From: Acanthaster planci
Lineage: Eukaryota
Assembly: GCF_001949145.1 (NCBI RefSeq)
Contig: NW_019091357.1
Location: 2,338,114 to 2,402,113, forward strand
Direction: 5' to 3'
DNA: 64,000 bases
Position 1 is the first letter of the stretch, and every line of letters begins with the position of its first letter. The notes beneath the pieces were generated by a model. It had not been told where the DNA came from. It made no database searches and saw nothing but the letters and a program-made list of their open reading frames with translations. This document shows, in pieces, positions 41,323-54,700 of this stretch. The position numbers were made by a program, and so were the translations under genes.

Positions 41323-41488
41323 TAGACCTTAATCATGATGCTGCCATGTTTGTCTTGCTTCTTGTAGACCTATTGGCAAAAGTGATACAACTCCACGTAT
41401 TGATAAAAGGGTACCGACTATTTTTTCCTTTCTGCCTCAGTACATAAATGGTAGAAAAGCAAGATGGCTGCCCCGTGATAGAGGTCTA
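41323..41488. mobile_element. MITE-like element with imperfect terminal inverted repeats, TA-flanked
   Basis: Left end TAGACCTTAATCATGATGCTGCCATGTT; reverse complement of right end TAGACCTCTATCACGGGGCAGCCATCTT. About 28-bp imperfect TIR, 166 bp overall, non-coding. Confidence 0.65.
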
Positions 41489-44400
41489 TTGTTGCACTGG
41501 CCACCAAATCGTTATTAACAGTCACCTTGGTAACATTTAGACCAAAAATCCAGAATTTTGACTTAAATATTCACGTTTCTTGCTTTAAAATCTACATTCT
41601 GAAAATTTTCTTATTAAATAAATATGAAAGTGCACGGTGTTTCGAATCTAACTAGTTGTGCCTGAGTAATGCGTAAAGCGAGCATTAATAACCGGCAGAA
41701 GTCTTCCTGGTACCAGACACGCTCATCAAATTTCATGACAACTATTGAACGGCCGTGAATTAAACATCAGGGTAATTTTGCTGTTATTAATTACGAATAT
41801 CCGAGCCGGGGGACTAGCAAATAAAAAAGGCAATATTGGTCGGGAGGGTGTTAAGTACAGTCACCCTTTCTATCTGAGAGTTTATCCATGGTTTACCTGG
41901 GCCGGCCACGGTCAGGGAGACTTTTAGCGAAGCGACCCTTTTCTTTGCCCGGCAGGGATAAGGTGCATCGCTTGAGTCCATAAGCCCCGGGCGATGGATG
42001 ATGTCAGCGACGGAGTTAAGCAGTTTCGATGGCCTCACATGGGTAGTCTCTACGTCCCTTCGGTTTGATCAGTCATTGAGAAATCCCCAAACACTCCGGC
42101 GTGTTGTATACCAATGCCACTGCACACCGATACGCCGCATCGCATGCACCACCACCATACTGCCGACCCGAAACCAGACTCGTCGCTCTTCCCCCCCCCC
42201 ATCCGTCCAGCCAACTTAGTGAGAAGTCAAGGTGGGTGGAGGGAAGCAGAAGAGGGGGGGAGGGGTCGGGGGACTAGACTTGCCCGAGCGGAGGACGGGC
42301 GGGTTTAAGAAAAAACAGGTCGGCTGATGTGGCATTAGGGATCAACCGCGCGATGGTTCGTGTGTTAGCAGACCTGGCAACGTCCATTAGTTGTCGTCTT
42401 TGTGGTAGGAGAAGCCGCTCCTGTATGACATCACGATGTACTTTCCAGGCAAGGCGTTGAACTTCTCTTCTGAAATCCGGACTAACCCCCCCCCCTCCAC
42501 TGCTCCATATATTTGGTCTCGTTATATACATATATCTCGCCAGTATTCGGGCGAGTTGTTGGGGGATATACAGGCTCCATAATATTGAATACATTTCCAT
42601 GGTATTGTTAGCGGTACAAAGGCTCGCCCGTATTGGTTAGTAGAGCGGAGGTCCATGGAGTGACTGTTTGCCGTGCGGTGTCGGGTGGCCGCTGCTGGGG
42701 TAGACTTACCGTGGGCTGCTGGAGCTGACCGACTCGCTCTCATTCCCCCCCCCTTCCCTAATCCCCTTGCCGAAAACAAGCTCGGGGAATAACACTAAAG
42801 GGTCCAGAAAGGAACCACCGAGGGCCCCGTTCCCGCTCAGATGTCAGAGTCTGGCTATCGATACCCGGTGCACCATCACAGACAGAGAGACCCCTTACAA
42901 CACACACCCCCACTCACACACTCAGCAACTGTGGCAAAATCCAGAGCCCCCCTTTTTTTCCCTTCATCCTTTCTTCCTTGTGACGGTGTTTGATACCCAG
43001 ACAGACGGTAGACCCAGCCGCCTGGGGGCTGGTCGGTGTCCCGCTAACAAACTGCCAACCAACTATCTTTTCCTCTTAAACTCACCAAATACGGAGTGCC
43101 TTGCATTATCAACACACACATGTCATGCTGTGCCCACCTCCAAAAGGGGGAAATGACTCGACAATGAACATTCAAATTAAACATGACATGCGCGCCACTT
43201 AACCTGGTAGTTAGTAATTGAATGAAACACAAAGACTTAACTTCACTGTGACTGCGCCATAATCAGATACACTCAAAATTACGCGAACATTAGCGGCAAA
43301 GTGAGGAGTGAATGACGTCATTCGAAAGAGCAAGTCCTCACAATAGGCGGTTCTCTAGTCAGTCACAAACGAATGGCGAATAAAGAATCGATGGTGTCTT
43401 ATGCCGACATCAATTATTTTCAGTTGAAAACAAAATAAGGTTGAGTTAACACGATGTGGGTCTACTTCTGTTGATAAAAGCTGTGTGGAGAAACAGGACA
43501 CAAAATCAAAATCGCAAATAATTTGAGCTGTCCATTAATTAACAAAGCCTACATACGGAGCGCCCCCAGACGTAATTTTACACTCGAAAATGTTCTGTAA
43601 CTACATTTATCGAGCAGCGCACCCGTATCCATTTCCGAGGGCCCTAAATATAATGCGATTTTGATAAGTGAGTTTGTGTGGTCCAAAGTGACCAATCAAA
43701 CCCAGCCTCGCTCAACAGGGGCATTGTTCAGACGGTGCTAACCAAAATGCATTTATATCTCGTTCAGTTTGATTGGGTAATTGAGTTAAGCGATGCCATT
43801 GTCAAGACAACCCCTTCCTTCGGTCGAAACTTGGAAAATTAATCACACTGCGCAAGCCTCGGTACATTCCGCACCTGTAAAGGTATTGCAAGTAATGATC
43901 ATATAAAATTACAAGCAGAAAGAAAACTTCGGTTAGTTCTCTCCTCATCCGTGAAAGCAAGTCAGCAGAAGGCTTTTCCCCCCTCTCTTTTATAGCCGAA
44001 GGGGTCAACCGTGCTCTGTGTCCTTTTGAGGTCGGTCGCTAACCTCACTTGCTCCAAGCTTACCCAAACAATGCCAGGCCCCGGCCCGTCCCCAGCTCGG
44101 GTCAATGCAGAATTATATTTATTGCCACCCCGCATTAAGAATCAAGCGGGCCCCGTGGCCTAGTTCCTGTCTCTTTTGCCAGATCGCCTCGTTGCAAACA
44201 CACACACAAGTTCACAGACCCCCGCTCGCACTAACGCGGCGAAAGCGTCTATTAAAACCCGCCGCTGCGGCCATATACGGCCGCGGTTTTTTTTTATATG
44301 CGCCGGCTACCCACAAACCCTTGCTGCATCCCTTCAACAAACACTCCTCAGTAATTATTTTATTGATATGCCAGAAAGATTCCACACGCCCTATTTCATA

Positions 44401-45986
44401 TTGCCTGATTTCCTCGGCGCTTTTTTTTTATATTCTCCTCTCTTTACCCTTACTTAAGTCTCCTCCACTCGTCCTCCCCCATTTTGATTTTTTTAAAAGA
44501 AACTTCCGCTCGACTGGCGATAAATTTTTCACGCGGGGGACCCCCGAGGTTCCAAACCATTAGTTGTTGTGATGTTTGATCGCATATGAAGCGTGTGCAA
44601 TCACTGTGCGGAACTCTCCCCGTCGTGTGCAAAGCCTGCACGGCCGGGCAACCACTTTTTTTTACCCTGGTCCAGCCCGTCCACAAGGGAGCAGACTCCG
44701 TGTTTTTATAATTTCTCCTTGCGATTTTTCCACCGTTTAGGTTGAGCTTGTGTGCCGTAATTACGATTTGCGAAAAAAAAAGCCCTCTTGCCAATTTGCG
44801 TCTATTGGTTAAGGGGGCGTATACACATGGATGCGAATCGCCCATTCAGCACTGCAGAGGCCACCGAAGCGTCTGTGTTCCTTGTAGCTCTTCTCTGGAA
44901 AGAAAATAATTCAATCATTCGAACGGTGTTTGTCACGGGAAAATTAAATTGTATTACTTGAAAAACTGGGGAAGATGCTGAAAGAAAAACACAATCACCC
45001 GCAGGTCTGAATGGGGCGGGCGTCCGATTTCTTCACCTCGTGGTTGCAGCATTTTACTGAAAATCATTCCTTATAAATAACCGCAAACCATTAACTTCAA
45101 TTCAGGTTCATCAGTGTGGACAGAAGCCTGCAGGGAACTTTATCCCTTTGTTGTAGCTGGAACAGTTTGCGAGTTGTCATTTTTTTCAACCATAAGCCAG
45201 CAGATGTATCAAGATGTTACACAGGGTTAGGGTTAGCCCGCGTAACCCGCAGTGGTAATTCACATTTTCCTCTAAGGCTGTTGGCAGGTGTCATTTCAAG
45301 TGCAACCTGACATAAGCCAAGCACCCAGAAATGTGCTTCTTCACCTCAAATGGCACCTTTTCTGTTTTACCCATTGGCCTTTGGTGGTCATCGCTGGTGC
45401 CCACCCGTCGGTGGTGACTACTTCCGTCGCAGCGTGACCTCCTAAGGTCATCCACAGCGTAGAAATATTTAATCGGCGGTCAGAAAGGACGGTTCTAAAT
45501 GTACATGTGAATGTACGTACAAATGACACAGGACGACCTTACTGTACCAGTTTCTTCGCGTCTCCAGTGTTGATATACCGGTTTGCGCTCCCGAACTGAC
45601 AAAGTCTTGATGGGTTATTCATAAGTGCAGTGCCACCTACTATCTCATTAATAGTGTTTCGATCAAGGGATAACCCCGGAGTTGTACACGTCTAACCTCC
45701 CCAGTCCGATACACTATTGTGCCGATGTACGTGCCAGCATCAAGATTCACTCACTCAAAACACGTTATAAATTGACTGCAAATAGTGGCCCGTTACTCGT
45801 AATATCATCAACTCCCGCCGTTCCTCGTCTCGGCCAGGCGCGCTGGTTCGTCCCCGTATACCGTGGGCCGCTTGGGAGCCCTCGTCCATTTCCATTCGAG
45901 GGGGGGGGTGCTAGAGCAAACTTGCAAGTCGCTCCCTGGACCAAATTTGCCCGCCATTGATTGGTGTGTAGTCAGTTTAGATTATT

Positions 45987-46008
45987 GCCTGCCTGCCTGC
46001 CTGCCTGC
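45987..46008. repeat. (GCCT)5 tetranucleotide repeat
   Basis: GCCTGCCTGCCTGCCTGCCTGC read directly. Confidence 0.85.
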
Positions 46009-49000
46009 GCCGATTGACACCCCCCCCATTCGCTCTTTCTCCTTTCTCTCTTCCTCGGGCTCCTCGACAGCGAATAGTCCGACCGTGGCCGCTCGCGCAA
46101 GGTACGGGTGCAGGCGACCATCAGTGATGGCTCGAAGTTTGCTCACCGTATCAAATTTGCCGTAATTGAGAAAGAGCGGGAGGTGGTCGGGAGGGAAGGG
46201 GGGGTGCACCCCGGCACCAAGCGGTGAACAAGGCGATCGCGCCTGGCTGGCTGGCTGTGTCTTGGTCAAAGTTCACCGCCTCGATTCAACTTCTTTATGT
46301 CCTTCCTGAAAAGTCAAAATGGTGGTGATGGAGACTTTTTTTTTATGATTTGGACCTTTTTCTCTCTTTTTTTTGTGTGTTTGACACAGCAAGAAGAAAT
46401 GTTAAGTTTATGTTCAGTTACCAGTCAATTGAATTGAAAAAGGTCCGCATCATTATCTAATATGCTTTTTTTTCATCACCACAAACAGTGCACACACAGC
46501 TCTTGTTATTATAGTGGCCTTAAGCATTAAGGTATTTCTTGCTATGGAATTAATATTTCATAACGGGGAACTAAAAAAAAAAAGGTGCTTTCGATTCGAT
46601 TGCGAAATTGTATACCACGCCAAAATAGCCAGCGCCAGCATCGCATTAGCAATGTATTATGAAGATCTCAACCCTCAACCGACGTGATCGAGACACGTAA
46701 TTGGTTCTGACATGGTATCCGGGCTTTTCTCGCTGGCCATTTTGTAGTTTTGACACGTTCTGCCATTATTATTAACACCCAACTTCCTTGTGTGTCAGGC
46801 ATATATTAATAATTAGAAACCTAGATGGATCGCCTGTCCGGGGCTCCTGTTTGCCTCCCCCCCCGATACCCTGGGAATAAGGCTGAGGTGTTTCCTTTGG
46901 CTACATTACATAGCACATGAGGCTGTGTTTTGTTTCGTCACTGACGAGTCCACCTCGTTTCCTAGCGATCTAGTATGTGGGTTAATAATCCATCTCGAGA
47001 TGTGGCCCTGCAAAATGTCGGCAAGGCTCTTTGATGGCCTGATATTGTAATGTATCCTTATTAGGTGTCAGGAAGAGGGCAGTGAAAAGAAATTGAAAAG
47101 CACTGAATGGCAGGCTTGAGGTCGGATCGGAAGCACATGCCTCCTATTGTGTAGTCTTCTGCTTCAGTCGTTTTCTTTACCCCTCCACTCGTGGAGGGGG
47201 AGTTCACTGCCTCGGCTGGGACGGGGGGTCAAACACGGCATTAGGCACGCTGGATTTCGTGTCCATCGTCGGATTTGGGGAGGTAGGGTTTCAGCGCCCG
47301 TCCCTACGGCGTAGCGGCGCATGTTTGAATTGGGTTAAAGACTTGCGAGTCACCTGCCCGGCGCTGTTGTTCGCCCGGGTTCAACGTCTTCCGCGCCGGC
47401 TGGTTTTCGCGGCCAATCTCCGCTGAACTTTCTCTCTCTCTCGCTCTCTCTCGCTGCTCCGAGCCTGCTAGGTATATTTAGGCCTGGAACAAGAAGCAAT
47501 GGTCGGCCTGTAATGAAGAGGACGTGATATAGACCGAGTCGCTCGAGGTTAGCTAGAGTTGGTTAGCCGTGCCTGTACCCGCCACACACTCACATGGCAA
47601 CTGCACTACACACCTGTAGCCTAAAGGAAGGCTTAACTGAACAATTGCCCTTGCAAAGTTCACCAATGTGGGCAAATAAAGAGGGAGAATAGGGGAGACT
47701 TGGGCGATCCAACGACCGGCTTCCCCACCGAATATATTTATGAAAGCCCCTCACTTCCCGTCTTTGTTGCGCTCTTGTTTTGCTGTGTTCTCTACTCCGC
47801 CGAGTCCTCCCCGAGGTGCAAGTCCCTGGCCGTGCAAACAGATCGCTAGCCGGTGAAAAGAATATCCTTGCAATGGCACATTTTATGGGGAGAGCCACAG
47901 TCGTGGCGGCTTTAGCCAACGCTATCACTTTATCGTTAATAACAATCGCCAGGAACCCGGCAGCATTGAAGGTAATAACTCAAGTGACAAGAAGTACGGG
48001 AGAGGGACGAATCATTAGCGCCGCTGGCTAGAATGGTGCAGCCGGGGCGCCGCGATAAGATACCCCGTGTATGTTCGAGTTTGGTCACGCTGGCAGTAAG
48101 ATAGCTTGGACTCGTGCATGTATGCTGCGCCAAAAAAAAAAAAAAACCTCTCGAAACAAAACAATGCATCGTGCGAAGTGCCGCCTATTAGCCTCCGTAG
48201 CGAGTTATTAATAAATCCGTGGGGTGTTCGCGGGATTTGATGTCCGACGCTGTCCACAGCTGACATCACAAGTGTGTTGGTCGAGGCGCTTTTGCGGCCA
48301 CAGTGGGAAAGCGAAGCAACTGAACGTAGAGTGTTAATTACATGTACTTGTCATTGGGCGCAAGCCCAGCTCGCCTTTGGTTTTTTTTTTCGTGGATTTG
48401 ACGATGTCGCGATGGCGTTCTTGTAAACGATAGCCGAGTTGTCATGGAGCACCAAGATACACGTAGCAGTGGTTTCGGTCACAGGTCTGCCTTTTCGTCA
48501 AAGATATTTGGTAAATATAATTTGCCAGATCAGTGAGGCGTTTTTGGCAAACTCCTACATTACCGCCATCAAGATGTACCGACTTTCCCGGAGCAATGAG
48601 CATTCCAAGACTGGCTTCGCAACACGCCCGTTACCGAGAGCTTTGGACCAACTGATATTTCTCTTTCTCAAAACAATATCTTTCGACACCGTGTTTGCCT
48701 CTCGACGACGCAAGGTGCCAGTGCTCCTTTCTGTCGATGAGGTCGCTATGCATGAGATGCTTGCCGACTTACATGAGTCGTGCAGACTTATACTCTCGCT
48801 TTTAGAAATCTGGTACAAGCACGGGTCAGACTGTCTTCGGTCGTTTTGTTTTGCTACTTTTTATCCACCGTGATATAAAGAACAAGCCTTTTCTCAACGT
48901 GTGTGGAGCTGTTATTGGCACTAGTTTTGGACAATCTTTGAACAGAGCTGTGCCAGTGATTCTTGAAAAAAGTGGCAGCTGTGCCTTGAACCGAATCCAC

Positions 49001-49023
49001 TTTTCGACTTGTTTTCTTTCCAG

Positions 49024-49228
49024 CAGGCATTCGACAGAAGAACGAAAATGGCAAGGACGGTCTGGTGTCCAATGTCACCTCCCCGAACGACGTGTTCTGT
49101 ACCGTGCCCGGCCGCCTCTCGCTTCTTTCCTCTACCTCCAAGTACAAAGTCACAGTCGCCGAGGTTCAGCGGCGGCTGTCGCCGCCCGAGTGTCTCAACG
49201 CTTCGCTTCTTGGAGGTGTGCTCAGGAG
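49024..49228 (+). CDS. TFAP2: Transcription factor AP-2, exon equivalent to vertebrate exon 4 (start of basic DNA-binding domain)
   Basis: TTGTTTTCTTTCCAG(CAG) acceptor and GAG|GTAAGT donor; 205 nt, phase 1 in and phase 2 out. Translates (A)[68 protein letters not shown], near-identical to the invariant AP-2 segment [46 protein letters not shown]. This frame is absent from the supplied ORF track. Confidence 0.97.
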
Positions 49229-51718
49229 GTAAGTTCGAATATCTCTGCAGACTTAGCATCGGTAGATGGGTACAGTAGGTCACTCTTTGTGGAAATACAT
49301 CTTTCATTGTGAAGTCAGGTTCGATTACAATCATGCATCATGTCATGTGACGAAACTGTACTAGAGGACACCAGATAAAAGCCTCTGTAGGCTTGGGCTA
49401 AAGATCTATGTGCTTCACCTTTGCAATGGCACACTGCCAGTCGTCTTATAAGTTACAAAATCTGACTGAAACCGCAATGATTTTTGATTTGTGAACGCAC
49501 AAAAACACTCCACTTTGTGCAGCGCAATTAAAGTATAACAGGAAAAGATGATTTACACTGAAGTATGATCAATTTGATTAACTACATGTATCTTATAATA
49601 GCCATAGAAATTATAGCTGACTTTCAACATGACATTATTTTATATAAGCTGAATCATCAGTAGTATTTAAATGAGTGATTAAGAAAGTCCAAAGAACTGA
49701 TCTCGTGATTTTAGAAACGACAGGTACCCTATCAAATGATTGGGACTCTTTGGAATAGTAGGATGTGTTCGATACGATTATGGTGCTGTAAGGTTTGCAT
49801 CACTGTTTTTGTAACGTCCCGTATGCAATCTGATACATCCACGTTGTTAACTCCTTGGTGTTGATTCCACACTTTCTGATGTGCATTTCGAGCCATTCTT
49901 CTATGGGCATCCCGCAGTGTTAATGTGCAGCTTTGTGGCTTCTGTCTTCCGTCCCTTGTCTTTTTTTTTATTTTCCACTCCTTCACCGTTTTTTTCTTCT
50001 AATACGAAGTCTTTTCATACATGAAGTTTTAATTTACTTGTACAGCATTGGGTTGATAGAAACGGCTTTTGTGCCATCTCCTCTGGCATTGTCATCGAAC
50101 TTAGAGTCTTATCTCTGTTCTGATATCTTAGCTGATGACGGATGGCCAGGGAGGGGAACTTGCCGCTCGATGTTTGAACATCTGGCGGTAATTTTATTCC
50201 CTGTTTTTCTGGAGAGATAAGAAAAAAATGCGTCCTTTAGTTTCTGCCTTTTCGGATCCGACACCGAGGTAGATGGCATGATAAATGTGTCTTGAGTTAC
50301 AAGCCGTCTCCAGCGCTGCCTTGGGTGTGGGACTTTTTCACAATTCATTAAGATCTTTCAAATAACATCCTTGTCATATTGTAATGATTTTGCCTTATGC
50401 TTTCGGCCCCTGATTGAGGGAAGCGTGAAAAGAAATGCGACCATGGGTCTTCAGGAGGCCTAACACCGCCCCCTGTCGGTAAGATAAACTTTGGGGGAGG
50501 GGGTTGGCCATGCTAATGAGCCAACGGCCGTGCATATATAGCTTGGAGGCCAGACGTTGCGATAGGCAGATGCCCGTTACGACGCCCTGCTGTGGCCCCT
50601 GTTTACGTTGTCCGTCTGCCCCGTCAAGTTATCTGTCGTTTTTTGGTAGGGCGGTTTGGTGGTGTTACCGAAAGCGTGCTATGTATCGTACCCACCTGCT
50701 GGCGGCTACCTGTGGTGCTGCCAAAATTGATGGTGGTCTTCTTGACACCTGCGATTGAGGTTTGCTCATAAGTCAAGCACCAAAGGGGCTAGAACAGGGT
50801 CAGAATTAAGTTAATTGTCTTGAATTCCACGGCTCTTAGTGAGCATGTTTCGGAATCTTTCTGCTCTCTGTTTCGTTCCTCCCTCAGGATGTATTGCCAG
50901 AGGCCCAATTTCTACCAAATAAAAGTCAACAAGTCAGATTATTTTCGTCCGACGCACGTGTCTGGTACCTCTCGTCTCCTGTCTGACAGCCGGGACTCAG
51001 TCAGTCTCCATTATACTATGTAGCCTTCACTCGTGTTAACACCATCAATATTTGACTTTTTTTCGCGTTCAGCCAGTGCGTCGGGCAATTATCCGGGTTT
51101 AAAAAGACCGCCACGAACGCGGAGACTACAGCAAACAGCCATATCGGTTTTTGGTGTTGAGTGCCAGGAGAACACGGAGAGGTGACACGTACGAGCGAGT
51201 CTCTCGGTCGTCTTGCCTTGTATTTGCAAAGGTCTATAAAGTCAACAGAGGAGAATCTTCTTGGAGTTGCTGAATTTGGTGACAAGGATCGATCTGGCTC
51301 GACCAGCGTTGCATCGTGAAATACATCTCACTCCAGTCCTGGTCTGTGACACTGATGCCCGCCATCTTGGCCGTCGACACCCAAAGCCGACCTTTTTCCA
51401 CGGCAGAGTACGCTTCCAACTGTGTCACAGATTTCTTTGTGCAAATCCCAACGGGATCTAGTCGCTTTGTCACAAAGGCCCCACAATGACGTTCAACATG
51501 TGACTGTCATTCACCGTGATGCTCCTGCACCACAAGTAGGACCTGCACATGAAGATCAGCGAGTGACTTCCAATCCCGGTGCGTCTACCGCCACAAACAG
51601 AGACATCTGCACCCGACGGGTCGCTTACTGAGCGCAATGAAAGCACCCATCCATTCAGGGATAATTGGTCTCTAAAAAAAGTGCGAAGCCTCCTCGTAAA
51701 TTTCTTTTAATTTTAAGG

Positions 51719-51748
<30 letters not shown>
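51719..51748. repeat. (CT)n microsatellite
   Basis: About 15 TC units with one interruption. Confidence 0.9.
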
Positions 51749-51749
<1 letters not shown>

Positions 51750-54700
51750 TTAGTCTACAGTGTGTTCGTGCTCGAAAGTGCCTGTGTTCTGCCTGCATTT
51801 ATAATCTGGGCTGCGGCTTTCTAGACCCACGCCCGCCTCTTTAGGTTCCGTCACGCTTGCTTTAACTTTACAGTTACAAAATCAACAGTTGGCTGCATTC
51901 AGAAAGCACCCGGCTTGAGATGAGACAGCGGCCTGGCGAGTGTGTTGTGCCTTAGCACCATGGTCCCACCACGGTACTAACTCAACAGAAACGGGTCGCT
52001 ACGGCAAGAATCAGTTTGTCTCTCTTTCTTTTTTTTTTTAATCGAAGTGGAGTAAAGAGACCAACAGTCACCACATACGAAATATTGTCAACTCCCGAAG
52101 AGAAAAGCTTTGTGTTCAGGAAACCCCCTCCACCACTCCAACCGTTTACATGCGCTGTTATTGTACTTTCTGAAGTTGGTTGGAATGGTGGAAACCTTTC
52201 TTTCCCCTCTCCTCTCCTTCAAATAGACACCATAATCTATTGTTACGAGCAGAGGCCACAATGCGATATAATCGCAGTTGTCTGATCGTGTCCCAGCCAC
52301 AAATCCATCCATCATTCATAAACTGGGTGGAAAAAGTATATCAAGTTGTAGCGGCCCTGACCCACATCAACCCCGAATAATACTGGCTTTCACACGCTTT
52401 TCGTGGCCGGCGCCATATGATCGTTTCTTCCCCCCCATCGCTTTTCATTCTCTAACACGCTCTCCTCGGCAAATGGATGTCTATGCTACCGAATATCCAT
52501 TCTTGACAAAATTTTATTGAAAAGAGATTGATTAGTTCAATCTTTTTGTGTAGGTCGTTTTGGAAAAGAGAAAAAAAAAGAGAAAGAAAAAAAAAACGAT
52601 CAAAGAACCCATGTTACAAAAGGCATTTTTCGTGTCTAGGTCAAACACTCCCTGAAGCTTTGTGTGTCCTTGATTGCGTGATGAACCTCCAGACTGTTCT
52701 CTTTTCAAAGGCTGTCCTGGACGCCATGACTGAACCTTCATTTCGGGCAGAGCCTGAGTTCACCCGGAGGAACCGTCTGGCTATCGGGAAGCAGATTGTT
52801 CATTGCACGTTCAATACATAACGACGGTTTGAAAGATGACGTTTTCTTGATTAAAATCACTTTAAAGGCTCTGGTTTGAAACTTTGCTCAAGTCGTAAAG
52901 GTGACATTTCGTCTTTTTACACTTGGACCTAATACCTTGATATGCCAGAAAATCAAGGACTCATACAACATGGCCGCCAATACGTGTACGTATGCTCGAC
53001 AGCTGGCGTAACCTATGGCCGGGTCGCATTCAACGCTCACCGAACTGACAGGCTTGGGTTCCCCCTCGCATAGGTGACACATCAACCGTGAGTGACACCA
53101 TCAGTAGGTCATCTCGGAACTTCCGCAAATGTAGGACGTGTTGTCCACATTATCACTGGTCAAATGACTCCTGCAAAAACATAGATAACGAGCGGCTGTT
53201 TCCTTGGAGCATGTTTAGAATGCTACCCGAAACTCTTCGTATATAAAACATAATGTAGGGCTAAAATGCGCACCACGGTGTAAACAAGCAACATATATTT
53301 ATGTCAGACAGCAATGAAAAACATTATGTCTGCACTGGTTCGGTTTACAAACCCATCGTGTTCAGAACAACCGTACCAGTACGAAAGCCTAACTCTGCGT
53401 GTTTCAGCTTCTTTGGTTCAATTAGGTATGATATTTTCATGACTTTTTCGCTAAAACGGTTCGGAGATATGTAACCTCACAGTCTTTTACAAGTTGCACA
53501 TAATTAAAGTAGTTATAATTGTAGTTGAAATATGTAAATTATGTTGTTGACAGAATGGCGACCTATTTTATGACTCGCTACAAAGTGATGACCTAGATAA
53601 GTTGTATCAGTCCCCGTGATTTAAATCACTACCCCTCCCCGACCGTACCAATCCTTTTTATTTGAGCTCCGAAAGCTCAGGTGGTGTTTTATGCTCGCAT
53701 CAAGAGAGAACTGGTTCCTGCATGTTATGACTCAGTTCGATTAAAGTTCCCGTGGTTTAAATCGGCATTATTGTGGCTGCCACATCGCCACCGCCCGAGG
53801 CTCTCCCCTCTCCCCCGGTTCAAACTGCTGCGTCTCTCGCCTCCCCTACTGACTTGGATATCTCAGCATACTTTTGCTCAGCCTCAATTGGGTTGTTCCT
53901 GGTTATGTCGGCTCCCTTCCCCTCCCTGATTGAAAGCTACCGCGTCGGCTGTCCTAGCCTGTGTACAATGCTGACCCGAGACTAAAGCTTCCTCTTGATG
54001 TGGTCGCGCGGGGGGGGGTGACGTCTCGATGAGACGGGTGCCGGTGGGACTTGGTGAATGTCACTCCCGCGCAAGAAGCCGACCCCACCCTGTGGAGAAT
54101 TCGTCGTGGGTTCTCTCTCTCCCTGTCTCGTCCCCCTTCTTTCCCCTGTGACTTTACATTTCCCGCCCGGAATCTGTTTCCCGAAATAGACGGTCGCCCT
54201 GTGTCATTTACCGTTGGCGTGTGCTGGAAATGAAGTACCATGTTGTGCTTTCCCGAGGGGGGGCGAGCGGGCACAGACCTTCCACCTACAATGGCCTCGT
54301 CGTCCCCGTTCAAATGTACGGGCTTCCCACAAGTGACAGGTTGACCTTTATCACGCGGACTAGCTTTCCCTGGTCCTGTGTGCTCGACACTTGCTCTACC
54401 CTTTTTTGGTTAACCTTCTCTGTTTGGTTCCTCGAAACTCTGAATTCGATTTTTGTTTCCACTTTGGATCACGGACAAAGGACTCTATACAAGGCATAAT
54501 GCGCCATTATAAGCATGAATGGAATATGCATACCCTGCGGTTTTCCCTGTGCCGCGTATATTCTATCACTGCTAATCTGTTGAGATCTACCGAAATATCA
54601 GAAATCTTTACACATTTCTCTCTTATGTATAATTCACCTTTCGGCCAGCGGCGTGAATGTGCATATCTTATTGTCATCCCACGTATCAGAAATTTGTCAG

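Larger units (their letters stand above)
31019..49023 (+). other. TFAP2: TFAP2 intron (GT-AG, 18,005 bp, phase 1)
   Basis: Bounded by GTGAGT and TTTCCAG; phases of the flanking exons are compatible. Confidence 0.82.

Noticed and set aside
45224..45237. GGGTTAGGGTTAG telomere-like repeat
   Set aside because: Only two units; expected by chance.
46307..46330. LKSQNGG-coding stretch resembling AP-2 AKSKNGG
   Set aside because: Lies upstream of the preceding exon, lacks an acceptor site, and similarity stops after a few residues.
46930..46955. CTGACGAGTCC with adjacent GTTTCGTC, hammerhead-like
   Set aside because: The two half-motifs are on opposite strands; it is only a small TCGTCA/TGACGA palindrome.
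48851..49334. All three + frames and two - frames open across the DNA-binding exon
   Set aside because: Only about 205 nt of GC-rich codons; the alternative translations are not protein-like, so dual coding is unsupported.
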